Source of the DNA: a virus
Length of the DNA: 64,000 nucleotides
UHGV virus genome: UHGV-0066004
Strand: one strand, 5' to 3'
The translations under genes and the position numbers were made by a program. This document shows, in pieces, positions 8,413 through 17,486 of this stretch (position 1 is the first letter of the stretch; every line of letters begins with the position of its first letter). The notes under the pieces are model-generated. The model saw nothing but the letters and a program-made list of their open reading frames with translations, was not told where the DNA came from and searched no databases.

Positions 8413-8489
8413 TGGTCTCTGTTGGAGGACTTGAACCTCCGGCCTTACCGCCCCAAACGGAACGCTCTACCAAGCTGAGCTAAACAGAG
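8413..8489 (-). tRNA. tRNA-Pro(TGG)
   Basis: Canonical D-arm GCTCAGCTTGGTAGAGC, T-arm GGAGGTTCAAGTCCTCC, loop TTTGGGG. Confidence 0.6.
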
Positions 8490-8604
8490 ATAAACTTTTC
8501 AAACTCTATGTAACCACTTTAACATTATTTTTTAGTGGTTGTCAAGAACTTTTTTAAAATATTTTTCAGTATCTTAGAAAAGCTCTCGTTTCGTTTCTAT
8601 GTAG

Positions 8605-8640
8605 AACATATTAAAGGGTATCAAACACATTGTCAATACC
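8605..8640 (-). promoter_or_regulatory. sigma70-type promoter reading into tRNA cluster (TTGACA-N17-TAATAT)
   Basis: Minus strand: TTGACA, 17-bp spacer, TAATAT; a second TTGACA-N18-TAAAGT lies about 90 bp downstream. Confidence 0.6.
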
Positions 8641-8654
8641 CTTTTTAAAACTTT

Positions 8655-10070
8655 TTACCAGATATAACGGTCAATCATTACTGCTTTGAGCATTACACTG
8701 ATTGGGTCAAACTTCTCACCACCAAGCAGAGCTTTTAAAGTAGCTGGAGAAAAACCAGATACCATTGCTACACCGTTATCCTTAACAGACACTTCGCAAG
8801 TACCATTACGGTTTGCTAAGTACCAGAATACCAGTTGAGGCATTTCGTATCCAGCTTTTTTGTACTTACTCTGAATTGCTTCAAAGTTTGTACGACCGTT
8901 AGCTCCATCAACCTGATTGAACTCCATATCGGAGAAGATGATAAGCTTACTTGGCATATCTTTCTGAGTCAAGTTGTTTCTTTTACCTGTTTCAAGAATA
9001 CGGTCAAAAGCTGCTTGTAAGTTAGTTGAGCCATATTCAACGTGTCGCATCACCTGACGATGACGGTTTCGTAAATCACCACTCAGTTCGATGAAGTGAG
9101 GGTTTGTTGAATAAACCATCAACTCATTCTTAAAGCAACCTGTATTACGTTCTGCTACATACAATGCAAGTGAAACACCAATATCAAGAGCAGTAATTGA
9201 ACCAAAATTCACCCAAGACATTGAGCTTGAAACATCAGACATACACAAGATGTTTTCACCCTCTGCCATCCAGTTTGGTAGTGCTTTCCACTGCTCATTA
9301 GCAACATCTGCATTACCATACTTAACAGATTTAATTACATCGTATGGGTAAACAGCACCAGCATTAATCTTAGTCTCACCCTTTGATAAGGACTCGATGT
9401 AAGCTTTGTAGCGTTCTCCATCTTTGCGGTTAAACAGTTTTTGGTAACGTGCAGCAGCAAGTGAAGGAATCTTACTGTAGTCAATCTTACCAAACTCATT
9501 AGCAGAGATTTTTTGCTCAACTGTATCAGATAGTGCAGACAACAGTGTGCGGTACTCTTTCTCACTCAAGTTGGCAAACTTGCAGAAACGTTTTACAAAC
9601 TGCTTATGACGTGGTTTGACTCGTGGTAACCACTTAGCCGCCAAACCTGCTGTTGCAGGGTCTAGTAATGCTGCTTCTAGATGTTTGAAGGCATCTGTCT
9701 CGAAACAAGTACCTACGAAGATTTTGAAGTCATCAAAACGACCAAGTTCTGCAATCTTATCCATAATGCGAAGAACCTGCGTAGGCTCTAAAACTTTGTC
9801 TTCAATCGCTTGAAGTAAAACAGTTCTGAAGGCTTTACGCTCACCCATACCTTCTCGTACATCTCGCATATGAAGCAAAATACGAACTGCAACATCAACA
9901 TCCTCACGCAAAGCTTTGTAGAACAGGTCTGGTAAGATTTCTACGTTGCTACGGCTTGAACCAGCAGCTTTGTAAAAGTCTACAAGAGCAGACATTGATG
10001 AAGTATGGTTTACAGCACCATTTTCAGTTCGACCTGCATGAAGGTGCGCATGTTTAAATAATTCGCTCAT
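8655..10070 (-). CDS. von Willebrand factor A (vWA) domain protein, possibly TROVE/Ro-like
   Basis: 471-aa ORF; C-terminal MIDAS-type DxSxS (DVSSSM) and hydrophobic beta strands (LIIFSDMEF); TROVE assignment is a guess. Confidence 0.55.
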   Translation of the reverse strand: MSELFKHAHLHAGRTENGAVNHTSSMSALVDFYKAAGSSRSNVEILPDLFYKALREDVDVAVRILLHMRDVREGMGERKAFRTVLLQAIEDKVLEPTQVLRIMDKIAELGRFDDFKIFVGTCFETDAFKHLEAALLDPATAGLAAKWLPRVKPRHKQFVKRFCKFANLSEKEYRTLLSALSDTVEQKISANEFGKIDYSKIPSLAAARYQKLFNRKDGERYKAYIESLSKGETKINAGAVYPYDVIKSVKYGNADVANEQWKALPNWMAEGENILCMSDVSSSMSWVNFGSITALDIGVSLALYVAERNTGCFKNELMVYSTNPHFIELSGDLRNRHRQVMRHVEYGSTNLQAAFDRILETGKRNNLTQKDMPSKLIIFSDMEFNQVDGANGRTNFEAIQSKYKKAGYEMPQLVFWYLANRNGTCEVSVKDNGVAMVSGFSPATLKALLGGEKFDPISVMLKAVMIDRYIW

Positions 10071-10151
10071 ATTTTACTCTCTTCTCTCATTTGTTTGTTG
10101 ATGTGACAGACTTTAAAGCAACTTTGTAGAGTCTGTCAACACCTTTTAAAA

Positions 10152-10523
10152 TTATTTTTTGAGAGTCGCTACAGCAGAGAACGTTGGTTTGTTATCTGTC
10201 TGAGACTGACCACCATTATCAGGGGTCTTCTTAGTGTCTGCTGCAATCGCTTTCATCTCACCTGCTGAGTGAGTCATGATGGTTTTACCAGCCTCCATCA
10301 TCGACTTCAGGTTTACATCGTCAGTCGTCAAACCGAACTCTGCAAGCTTAGCAGCATCCCTTGTAACAACCGCCTCAAACAACTTTGCAGCAAACTCAGC
10401 AGAATTATCAATGGTCAGTTGAGCTTTTACAAGTGAGCTTTTGTTACGAGAGCCTTTTGGTCTTCCAGATGGGTTTCCAGACTGGCCTTTTTTAAACTGG
10501 CCTTTGTTTGTTCTGTTTTTCAT
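10152..10523 (-). CDS. hypothetical basic protein (GNPSGRPKG N-terminal motif)
   Basis: 123-aa ORF, first gene of minus-strand unit diverging from plus-strand cluster. Confidence 0.5.
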   Translation of the reverse strand: MKNRTNKGQFKKGQSGNPSGRPKGSRNKSSLVKAQLTIDNSAEFAAKLFEAVVTRDAAKLAEFGLTTDDVNLKSMMEAGKTIMTHSAGEMKAIAADTKKTPDNGGQSQTDNKPTFSAVATLKK

Positions 10524-10698
10524 TGGTATGCCTCTTATAAGACCTCTTAAAAGGCTTTTAAGATAAAAGATAGATATCCAGAAAGATATCTGTTTAAATA
10601 GCCTTTTTAGAGGAACCTTTTAAGTTATCTTCTAAGTATTTATAAGCCTACACCTTGTCAAGTACTTTGTCAACAACTTTTTTAACTTGCAATAGTTC

Positions 10699-10727
10699 TT
10701 GACTTGTTGTATGGATTACTGTACCAT
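10699..10727 (+). promoter_or_regulatory. candidate promoter TTGACT-N17-TACCAT
   Basis: Same TTGAC(A/T)-N17-TACCAT architecture recurs at 59757-59785; preceded by conserved CCTTGTCAAGTACTTTGTCAAC element at 10653-10674. Confidence 0.35.
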
Positions 10728-10915
10728 CTTACTTAAAGCTGTAGGTCTGCCTTGTTCTACAAAGGAGACTTAATGAGAAAATCAAATAAACCGAAGAAAG
10801 GTAAGAATACCAATCACTGTAAGGAATCAAAAAGGGTAGAATTAATCTACTATTCATCCTCTGAAATTGGTCTGTACCTGTTCTTTCAAAATTACAGAAG
10901 ACAAGAGGATTATCT

Positions 10916-11149
10916 ATGTGTAGTTCCCAATTAGAAATCGCAGATATTATAGATTTATATCAAACTGCAAAGAGTCATGGCTATATAACCTCAATTGGAA
11001 AGAATAGTCACTATGATGCTTTGACTGGAATGTATTTCAGGGCAATGGCTCAATCTAGTGAACAACACTTAGTGGTTTCTTCCAGTGAGTTTACTTCGTT
11101 TCTCTATTGCAGCAAAATTATAAATCGCAGGAGAACTGAAAAATGTTAA
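10916..11149 (+). CDS. hypothetical protein
   Basis: ORF in track, co-directional with downstream cluster. Confidence 0.3.
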   Translation: MCSSQLEIADIIDLYQTAKSHGYITSIGKNSHYDALTGMYFRAMAQSSEQHLVVSSSEFTSFLYCSKIINRRRTEKC

Positions 11150-11733
11150 CAGTAAGTTTTAATTACAATAGTGATGGCTCTGTATCAATTAACTCACCAT
11201 ATGCAAATGACCTACTTAAAGAGCTAGTCAATCAGTGTGAGAGGGGTCTTCACTATGTTCAAAATTCTTTTAAACAGAAGACTATTGCTAATAACTTGAT
11301 GCGTGTAACAGTGACGGCATCGAATCCAAATTATGACTTTGATAGTGAAAGTCCGTACTCATTAGTTGCGCTTGGAGAGAGCAGCCAATTCAAACTTGTT
11401 TGCCACGACTCAGAAACATTCCTTAAGGTATTTTCCAACCTTGTCCATAATAATAAGTGCAGCTACGTTGATGGTAGTGTAAACTTCTACCCAGCAAACT
11501 ATACATGTTTGTTAATTGATAATATGAGAAAAAGTAAGCAAGAACCTACAGAAATTTCATTTGATGTGAACTCTAGTCCAGACGCAGAAACAAGTAAGAA
11601 CTTTGATATGAGTTACGCATTGTCACTCAGTAAGAAATCCGAGTTCATTGATTATGTCAATGGATTTGGTTTTAAGTTTGATGAGAGTATGAATCTTAAA
11701 AAACTTAAGAACCTACTTAAGACCAAAGCTTAA
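11143..11733 (+). CDS. hypothetical protein
   Basis: 196-aa ORF, overlaps neighbour by 7 nt. Confidence 0.5.
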   Translation: MLTVSFNYNSDGSVSINSPYANDLLKELVNQCERGLHYVQNSFKQKTIANNLMRVTVTASNPNYDFDSESPYSLVALGESSQFKLVCHDSETFLKVFSNLVHNNKCSYVDGSVNFYPANYTCLLIDNMRKSKQEPTEISFDVNSSPDAETSKNFDMSYALSLSKKSEFIDYVNGFGFKFDESMNLKKLKNLLKTKA

Positions 11734-11780
11734 GTGTGAATAGGGGCTGATGCCCCTTTAACTATTTATAAGGATATTTA

Positions 11781-12152
11781 ATGAAGGCTAAGAGTGCAAA
11801 AGACTTTTATTGCTTCCTACAATCCTATATCAATTCCGTGAAAAATGGTGAAAGATACAATCTTAATGATGTTATCCCAACACCTTTGACATGGAGACTC
11901 AGTAAATGGCCTGAAGAAGATATTACACCAACAAGAGAACAACGCACCTACAAACCTGAAATCAACATTCCAGATTCTGAGAATCTATTATATCCAATGT
12001 TCCATATTGTTGGTCTTGGAAGATTCCTTATGGATATCCAGTATGTAATTGGTAAAGGTTATAAGGTTAAAGGCATTGTTGTTGGTGATGTATCTCCGCA
12101 TCACAAAGGTTATTTTAGACTAAACGCACATTTAGAGGCTAAAAAGAAATGA
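11781..12152 (+). CDS. hypothetical protein, paralog of N-terminal domain of the Ig-repeat protein
   Basis: Roughly 110-aa region alignable by eye with N-terminus of the next gene (shared FMDLQY-type motif, W-P-E-x-D-I). Confidence 0.5.
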   Translation: MKAKSAKDFYCFLQSYINSVKNGERYNLNDVIPTPLTWRLSKWPEEDITPTREQRTYKPEINIPDSENLLYPMFHIVGLGRFLMDIQYVIGKGYKVKGIVVGDVSPHHKGYFRLNAHLEAKKK

Positions 12153-13282
12153 TTAAAGCAAAGACTTACCCAGACTTCAAAGAGTTTGTGAAGGGCTTCA
12201 TTGCAAATGTAAAGGCTGGTAAGAGATATGATTTTAGAACATATCAAGAGGCTATTTTACCACTCACCTATAGTTCATATTGGCCTGAAGCTGATATTGC
12301 AGAAGTTGAGAAGTTTGACTACAAACCAGACTACAAAGTTCCATTTAGTGATGAGTTGCTTTACAGCGTTGGTGCTCAAATGAGAACGTCTGACTTCTTC
12401 ATGGACTTACAATATGCAATTATCAATGGTAAAGACGTTGATACAGTTTATTGTGAATGGCTGGCAAGAGTTAAACCGTTCTCAATGTTGAATGCTAAGT
12501 TGAAGGATGCTATCAAGCCACCATCAATCACTCAGCAACCAACCAATCAAACAGTAAATGAAGGGGGTACACTTACCCTAATCGTTATTGCAACTAATGC
12601 CACTGGATATCAATGGAAAAAGGATGGTGAGGACATCCCTAGTGCCAATTCTGCAACTTACACAAAACAGTCAGTAGCACCTTCTGACGCTGGTTCATAC
12701 ACTTGTGTTGTATCTGGAGAGGGTGGAACAAGTGTTACCTCAGATGCAGCAACAGTGACTGTGAACGCACTACCTGTGATTACACAACAACCTTCTAGCC
12801 AGACCATCAATGAGGGTGGAAACATCAGCTTGGAAGTGACTGCAACGGGTGCAACGGGTTACCAGTGGAAGAAAGATGGCTCTGACATTCCTTCAGCGAC
12901 AAATGCTACCTATAGCAAGTCTGGTGCTCTGCCAGCAGATGCAGGTTCATACACTTGCGTTGTAACAGGTGCAGGTGGTTCTGTTACTTCTAGCCCTGCA
13001 ACAGTTACTGTGAATGCACTTCCGGTAATCACTCAGCAACCAACCAATCAAGAAATCACTGAAGGTGAGACCTTAACACTGAATGTTGTGGCAACAGGTG
13101 CGACAGGTTATCAGTGGAAGAAAGGGGAGGAAGACATCCTCGATGCAACTACTGCAACTTACACCAAAGAAGGTGCAACCACTGCTGATGCAGGAAGCTA
13201 CACCTGTGTAGTGACTGGCGCAGGTGGCTCTGTAACATCTAATGCGGCAACAGTTACAGTTAACCCAGCAGGGGAGGCATAA
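12149..13282 (+). CDS. protein with three tandem Ig-like domains
   Basis: Three ~83-aa repeats with I-set-like signature (YQWKKDG...ATYT...AGSYTCVV); nucleotide-level tandem repeats. Confidence 0.65.
   Translation: MIKAKTYPDFKEFVKGFIANVKAGKRYDFRTYQEAILPLTYSSYWPEADIAEVEKFDYKPDYKVPFSDELLYSVGAQMRTSDFFMDLQYAIINGKDVDTVYCEWLARVKPFSMLNAKLKDAIKPPSITQQPTNQTVNEGGTLTLIVIATNATGYQWKKDGEDIPSANSATYTKQSVAPSDAGSYTCVVSGEGGTSVTSDAATVTVNALPVITQQPSSQTINEGGNISLEVTATGATGYQWKKDGSDIPSATNATYSKSGALPADAGSYTCVVTGAGGSVTSSPATVTVNALPVITQQPTNQEITEGETLTLNVVATGATGYQWKKGEEDILDATTATYTKEGATTADAGSYTCVVTGAGGSVTSNAATVTVNPAGEA
12520..13272 (+). repeat. three tandem ~250-bp coding repeats (Ig-like modules)
   Basis: Near-identical stretches such as atcactcagcaaccaaccaatcaa recur at a ~250-bp period. 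Confidence 0.7.
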
Positions 13283-13746
13283 TGCAACTCTCAAGAAAAG
13301 GTTTAGAAGCTATTAAGTTCTTTGAAGGTCTTAAGCTGGAGGCTTACGAAGATTCTGCTGGAATCCCTACAATTGGGTATGGGACAATCCGTATTGCTGG
13401 TAAACCTGTTAAGATGGGTATGAGAATCACGGCTGAACAAGCTGAACAGTATCTTCTCGCAGATGTTGAAAAGTTCGTTGCAGCAGTGAACAAAGCCATC
13501 AAGGTTCCAACTTCTCAGAACGAGTTTGATGCACTTGTAAGTGAAACATACAACATTGGCATCACAGCTATGCAGGACTCTACATTTATCAAGCGCCACA
13601 ACGATGGTAATAAGGTCGGTTGTGCAGAAGCTATGCAATGGTGGAACAAGGTTACAGTCAAAGGTAAGAAGGTCACTTCAAACGGCCTGAAAAACAGACG
13701 TAGAATGGAAGCTGACATTTATCTTGACAGTGTATATCCAAAGTAA
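13282..13746 (+). CDS. endolysin, T4-lysozyme-like (GH24)
   Basis: N-terminal FEGLKLEAYEDSAGIPTIGYG matches GH24 catalytic Glu region. Confidence 0.75.
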   Translation: MQLSRKGLEAIKFFEGLKLEAYEDSAGIPTIGYGTIRIAGKPVKMGMRITAEQAEQYLLADVEKFVAAVNKAIKVPTSQNEFDALVSETYNIGITAMQDSTFIKRHNDGNKVGCAEAMQWWNKVTVKGKKVTSNGLKNRRRMEADIYLDSVYPK

Positions 13747-13796
13747 TATCTTCATAGGCTCCTTCGGGAGCCTTTTTATTTTCTAAGGAGAAAACT

Positions 13797-14195
13797 ATGA
13801 AACTTTGGGCTGATGATGTTGGAACTTTTAAGTACACTCGCAATGGCTCAATGGTGAGAATCATTGGGAGTAACATTGTTACAATTGGTGATAGGGTGAA
13901 CACAATGTTCACTGTTGAGTTGGCTGAACTCTCACCTATTGAATCCGCTAACAACGGCCTGTTCAAGTTTGAAACTTACCATGTAAATGAACACGGGCAG
14001 TTTAACACTTTAGGTGAAAGTGGCCTTGATATTATTTCAGAACACCCCTTGACAAGAGGGCAGCTTGCAAGTTACTATAAAACAGTTCTTGAAAGGGCTT
14101 TGGCAACACATGAGAATGAGGCCAGATATCACATAGAACGCTGTGAAGTTTTAAGAGAAAAAATCGAACAAGCAGAGAGAGGTTTTTATGAATAA
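13797..14195 (+). CDS. hypothetical protein
   Basis: ORF in track, tightly packed operon. Confidence 0.5.
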   Translation: MKLWADDVGTFKYTRNGSMVRIIGSNIVTIGDRVNTMFTVELAELSPIESANNGLFKFETYHVNEHGQFNTLGESGLDIISEHPLTRGQLASYYKTVLERALATHENEARYHIERCEVLREKIEQAERGFYE

Positions 14196-14577
14196 AGAGA
14201 TTCAAGTAAAAGTTGACACTTTTGGCCATGATGGTCGAGAAGATGCTGGACTTGCCGACGCAGTGATTTTTGAGTGTAATGGTAATATCAGTCTTCGCTT
14301 TACAGGCTCAGGTAGCACCCTTCGCAGAATGCGAGATGATGCAGATGGTTGCCCTGTATTTGGTTGGTATGACATGGAGTTCCCACTTTATGCAATCCAT
14401 TATCCAGATGGTGGGGAAGATTGGACAACTCAATCAATCCGTGATGAGCTTAACGGTATTCCAGTTGAGCAAGAAGAGCAAGAACCTGTTGAACTTACCT
14501 TCACTTTTATCAAAGAAGAGAAAGTAGGTGACTTATCAGTAACTGAAGCAATTCAAGTCTCACAGGTCATTCGCTAA
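14188..14577 (+). CDS. hypothetical protein
   Basis: ORF in track, overlapping start/stop with neighbours. Confidence 0.5.
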   Translation: MNKEIQVKVDTFGHDGREDAGLADAVIFECNGNISLRFTGSGSTLRRMRDDADGCPVFGWYDMEFPLYAIHYPDGGEDWTTQSIRDELNGIPVEQEEQEPVELTFTFIKEEKVGDLSVTEAIQVSQVIR

Positions 14578-14870
14578 TGAGTAAAGTACAGGTCGTTTTC
14601 CCCATTTGTGACTTCTCACTAGAGCGTGAACTTGACCTGTACGAAGAAATTACTGACGAAATTATCTGGTCTGTTGTAGAAGAGGCTATCAAGAAACTAT
14701 ACGGTGGCCTCTTAAACCCATCAAGTAAAAAGCTCAATACTAAACAAGTAGCTGATACATATACTTCTTATGATGCCTACAACAAACCTTTTGAGAATAC
14801 CTGCTTTGACCTTATGGTAGGCAATAACAAAGTCAACTATTTCTTCGTCAGAGAGTTTAACGATGAGTAA
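14577..14870 (+). CDS. hypothetical protein
   Basis: ORF in track. Confidence 0.45.
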   Translation: MSKVQVVFPICDFSLERELDLYEEITDEIIWSVVEEAIKKLYGGLLNPSSKKLNTKQVADTYTSYDAYNKPFENTCFDLMVGNNKVNYFFVREFNDE

Positions 14871-15057
14871 GCTCCATGTCACAGTATACAAAAACTTCTC
14901 AGATATCAAAGAGTCTTTAACAAATAAGCTTGACTTACAACGTAAAAGGCTCTTTTTAATGTATGACATAGACAACTACAACCATCCTAAAGAGTTCAAC
15001 TACAAAGATGGTACAAAGGTTGTCGAATTTGAAGATTCTGTGACGGTGTATGTCTAA
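14863..15057 (+). CDS. hypothetical protein
   Basis: ORF in track. Confidence 0.4.
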   Translation: MSKLHVTVYKNFSDIKESLTNKLDLQRKRLFLMYDIDNYNHPKEFNYKDGTKVVEFEDSVTVYV

Positions 15058-15206
15058 TATGACTTACCAGCAAAGTACATAGGTATGTTAGAGTACTACA
15101 TATTCAAACATACAGGTATGCGTGGTGAATCTGTCAAGATATCTTCTGTAGAAGTTTTTGAGAAACCTAACACACAACTTAAAAAGTATTTAATGAGGAA
15201 ACTGTA

Positions 15207-15788
15207 ATGTCCGAAGAGCAACAGGATATCATTCCACAAGTAACACTTGTACAACACTTTGGAAATATTGAAGGGTGTGTTGCACTTTTTCAACCAAACA
15301 TCAATTCTCCTGTAAAAGTTTGCAAGTTGACTATGAACGTTAACAATATCAGTGTTTGCCTTGTTGAAGAAGTTCAATATTTCAAGTTCAATGACAGAGA
15401 GGTTGATGCTGCACTATTGAAGTATCGAGCAAACCTCGAAAAAGATATTGACCACAAAGAACTTGTAACACTATTTGGTGACCTTCACAAGCTTCTTGAA
15501 AAGGTTATTAAGCGTACATACTATATGAACAATGGTTCAATCATCACCACTTTGATTTCACCATGTATTTCAGAGCCAATTTTAACTGATGACGGTGGAT
15601 ACTACGTGGTAGCATCAGCAGATTCTGATTGGTGGATGAAGAACACAGCACTTAAAACAGTGATTGAGGCTATCCGCGAACATATCCCTTCATTCAGCCC
15701 GTGGAAAGGTAAAAGTGATGATTTTATCGCACTATTGAGTGAAGAGAGCAACAAGCGCAGTGCATTACTGCCTAAAAAATACTCTTGA
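15207..15788 (+). CDS. hypothetical protein
   Basis: 193-aa ORF. Confidence 0.5.
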   Translation: MSEEQQDIIPQVTLVQHFGNIEGCVALFQPNINSPVKVCKLTMNVNNISVCLVEEVQYFKFNDREVDAALLKYRANLEKDIDHKELVTLFGDLHKLLEKVIKRTYYMNNGSIITTLISPCISEPILTDDGGYYVVASADSDWWMKNTALKTVIEAIREHIPSFSPWKGKSDDFIALLSEESNKRSALLPKKYS

Positions 15789-15860
15789 CCGAGTATACAA
15801 AACTGATTATGATGGGAGCTATCGAGAGGTAGTTCCCTTTTTAGTTTCTGGAGAGTAGAT

Positions 15861-16406
15861 ATGGCTAAAGTGAAAGAGCACGATAAAATTATTTTGTATG
15901 TTAAACAGAACCCTTCAAAGAGTGTTGAGGCTGTTGTAACACACATCTCACACAATGGTACAGTTTATTTCCGACCACTAAAGAACTTAGACTTTGACAT
16001 AACACCAAACCACACATTTAGTACTTCTGCAAGACTGTGTGCCGGGACTGTATACTCAACTGCTGAGATTGAGTCCTTATCTTTCACAGGTGCTTACAAA
16101 AACTTTATAGGTATTGCTCTAAAGGACTCTGAAGAATCTTTTAAATTTTTCATGGAGACTAATAAAGGTTGCTACGCACATGTTATGCCAATCTATAAGA
16201 AAGTTGACACAGAACTTACCAGTAAGTGTGAAGAGATTAGTAGTGACCTGAAGGAGCGTAAAACAGCTATTCAGAATGCCATTTACATCATTGAGAAGAG
16301 CCACTTAGAAGTTCTTTTCAGAGATATGCTAAAAGCAGGGTTTACTCCAAACGAAATTACAAGAGAAACACAACGCCAGTTCAGAAATGCTATGGTGAAA
16401 GAATGA
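15861..16406 (+). CDS. hypothetical protein
   Basis: 181-aa ORF. Confidence 0.5.
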   Translation: MAKVKEHDKIILYVKQNPSKSVEAVVTHISHNGTVYFRPLKNLDFDITPNHTFSTSARLCAGTVYSTAEIESLSFTGAYKNFIGIALKDSEESFKFFMETNKGCYAHVMPIYKKVDTELTSKCEEISSDLKERKTAIQNAIYIIEKSHLEVLFRDMLKAGFTPNEITRETQRQFRNAMVKE

Positions 16407-16621
16407 AAAAGTTAACTACAGTTGAAGATTACTACAAACTTTCCCTGTTAGAACAGTATCGCAGAAGCCAGAATATCAGAAAATGCTATGGTAAGCACGC
16501 TGAAGGTGACTTTTACCACTGCTATGATGCAGATTTAAAAGGCGTAACGCCTAGAGGGAAAGTTCTGCAAAGATTTGTTGACCTTGAGTGGAACAAACGA
16601 TTGAGAGGGGTTGGGAAATGA
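16403..16621 (+). CDS. hypothetical protein
   Basis: 72-aa ORF, ATGA overlap with next gene. Confidence 0.45.
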   Translation: MKKLTTVEDYYKLSLLEQYRRSQNIRKCYGKHAEGDFYHCYDADLKGVTPRGKVLQRFVDLEWNKRLRGVGK

Positions 16622-17121
16622 TTTACGAAGAAAGATACAAAATAGATTACCAGAAGACTGGTCATCATACTTCTTTAAAAGTAACCAAACCAAATGGAGA
16701 TACCGGTATCATAGCACATTTTGGTGGTGATTATTGGTACGGTACAGGTTGCTTTGAGGGCTACAGTCAAGAATACTTGAAAGCTTTCTACAGAGACTTT
16801 ACAAACGACTACAACAGGGTTGTTGACGAAAAGAACAAGTGTATTAAGCATGAACACCATGCAAGAGGCTGCCTAAGTATTGTTATGGTACTGGCGTTCT
16901 TCTTAGCAATGTTACTGGCAGTATCAGCAATTAGCTGCATAGCTCAAGATTTGACAATTACACAGATTACTACAAAGATACACGATATCTGGTACTTGTA
17001 TGCTGTTCCTTTAGCTGGTATTATCATCTCACTAGTAAGATTCAGAGTTCATAAGAAACGACTTAAGGACTCTGAGGTTAAACTTGAAGAGGTAAGTAAA
17101 GAATGCAACCTACAATTATAG
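16618..17121 (+). CDS. membrane protein with two C-terminal TM helices
   Basis: Start set to ATG at 16618 (overlaps stop of upstream gene); hydrophobic stretches VMVLAFFLAMLLAV and AVPLAGIIISLV. Confidence 0.5.
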   Translation: MIYEERYKIDYQKTGHHTSLKVTKPNGDTGIIAHFGGDYWYGTGCFEGYSQEYLKAFYRDFTNDYNRVVDEKNKCIKHEHHARGCLSIVMVLAFFLAMLLAVSAISCIAQDLTITQITTKIHDIWYLYAVPLAGIIISLVRFRVHKKRLKDSEVKLEEVSKECNLQL

Positions 17122-17197
17122 CTGTATGCGTTCGTTTTGCAATCGCTGAAATGATTAACAAGGCAATCTTAAAAGATGCCTATGGAGAGACTAAGTA

Positions 17198-17434
17198 ATG
17201 ATTAAGACACCTGTACCAATTTTTGGATTTCCTTCTATAGAAGAATTTAAAGTTTATCTTGACAAAAACTTCTACAATGAGCAGCCTGTTACTCTGCTGA
17301 AGAGTGACTTATCAGAACTTCTTGATATGGTTATCAAGGCAACTCCTGAAAAGGAACCTGAAAAGGAACCTGAACAGAAAGCTGAGAAGAAGACTAGTAA
17401 GAAATCCGATAAGAAGACTGAAAAGTCTGAGTAA
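17198..17434 (+). CDS. small protein with Lys/Glu-rich repetitive tail
   Basis: 78-aa ORF ending in PEKEPEKEPE...KKTEKSE. Confidence 0.45.
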   Translation: MIKTPVPIFGFPSIEEFKVYLDKNFYNEQPVTLLKSDLSELLDMVIKATPEKEPEKEPEQKAEKKTSKKSDKKTEKSE

Positions 17435-17486
17435 TAGCTTAGGGGTTACTTGATAGCCCCTTTGTAGAAACTTAGAAGGTAGCGAA

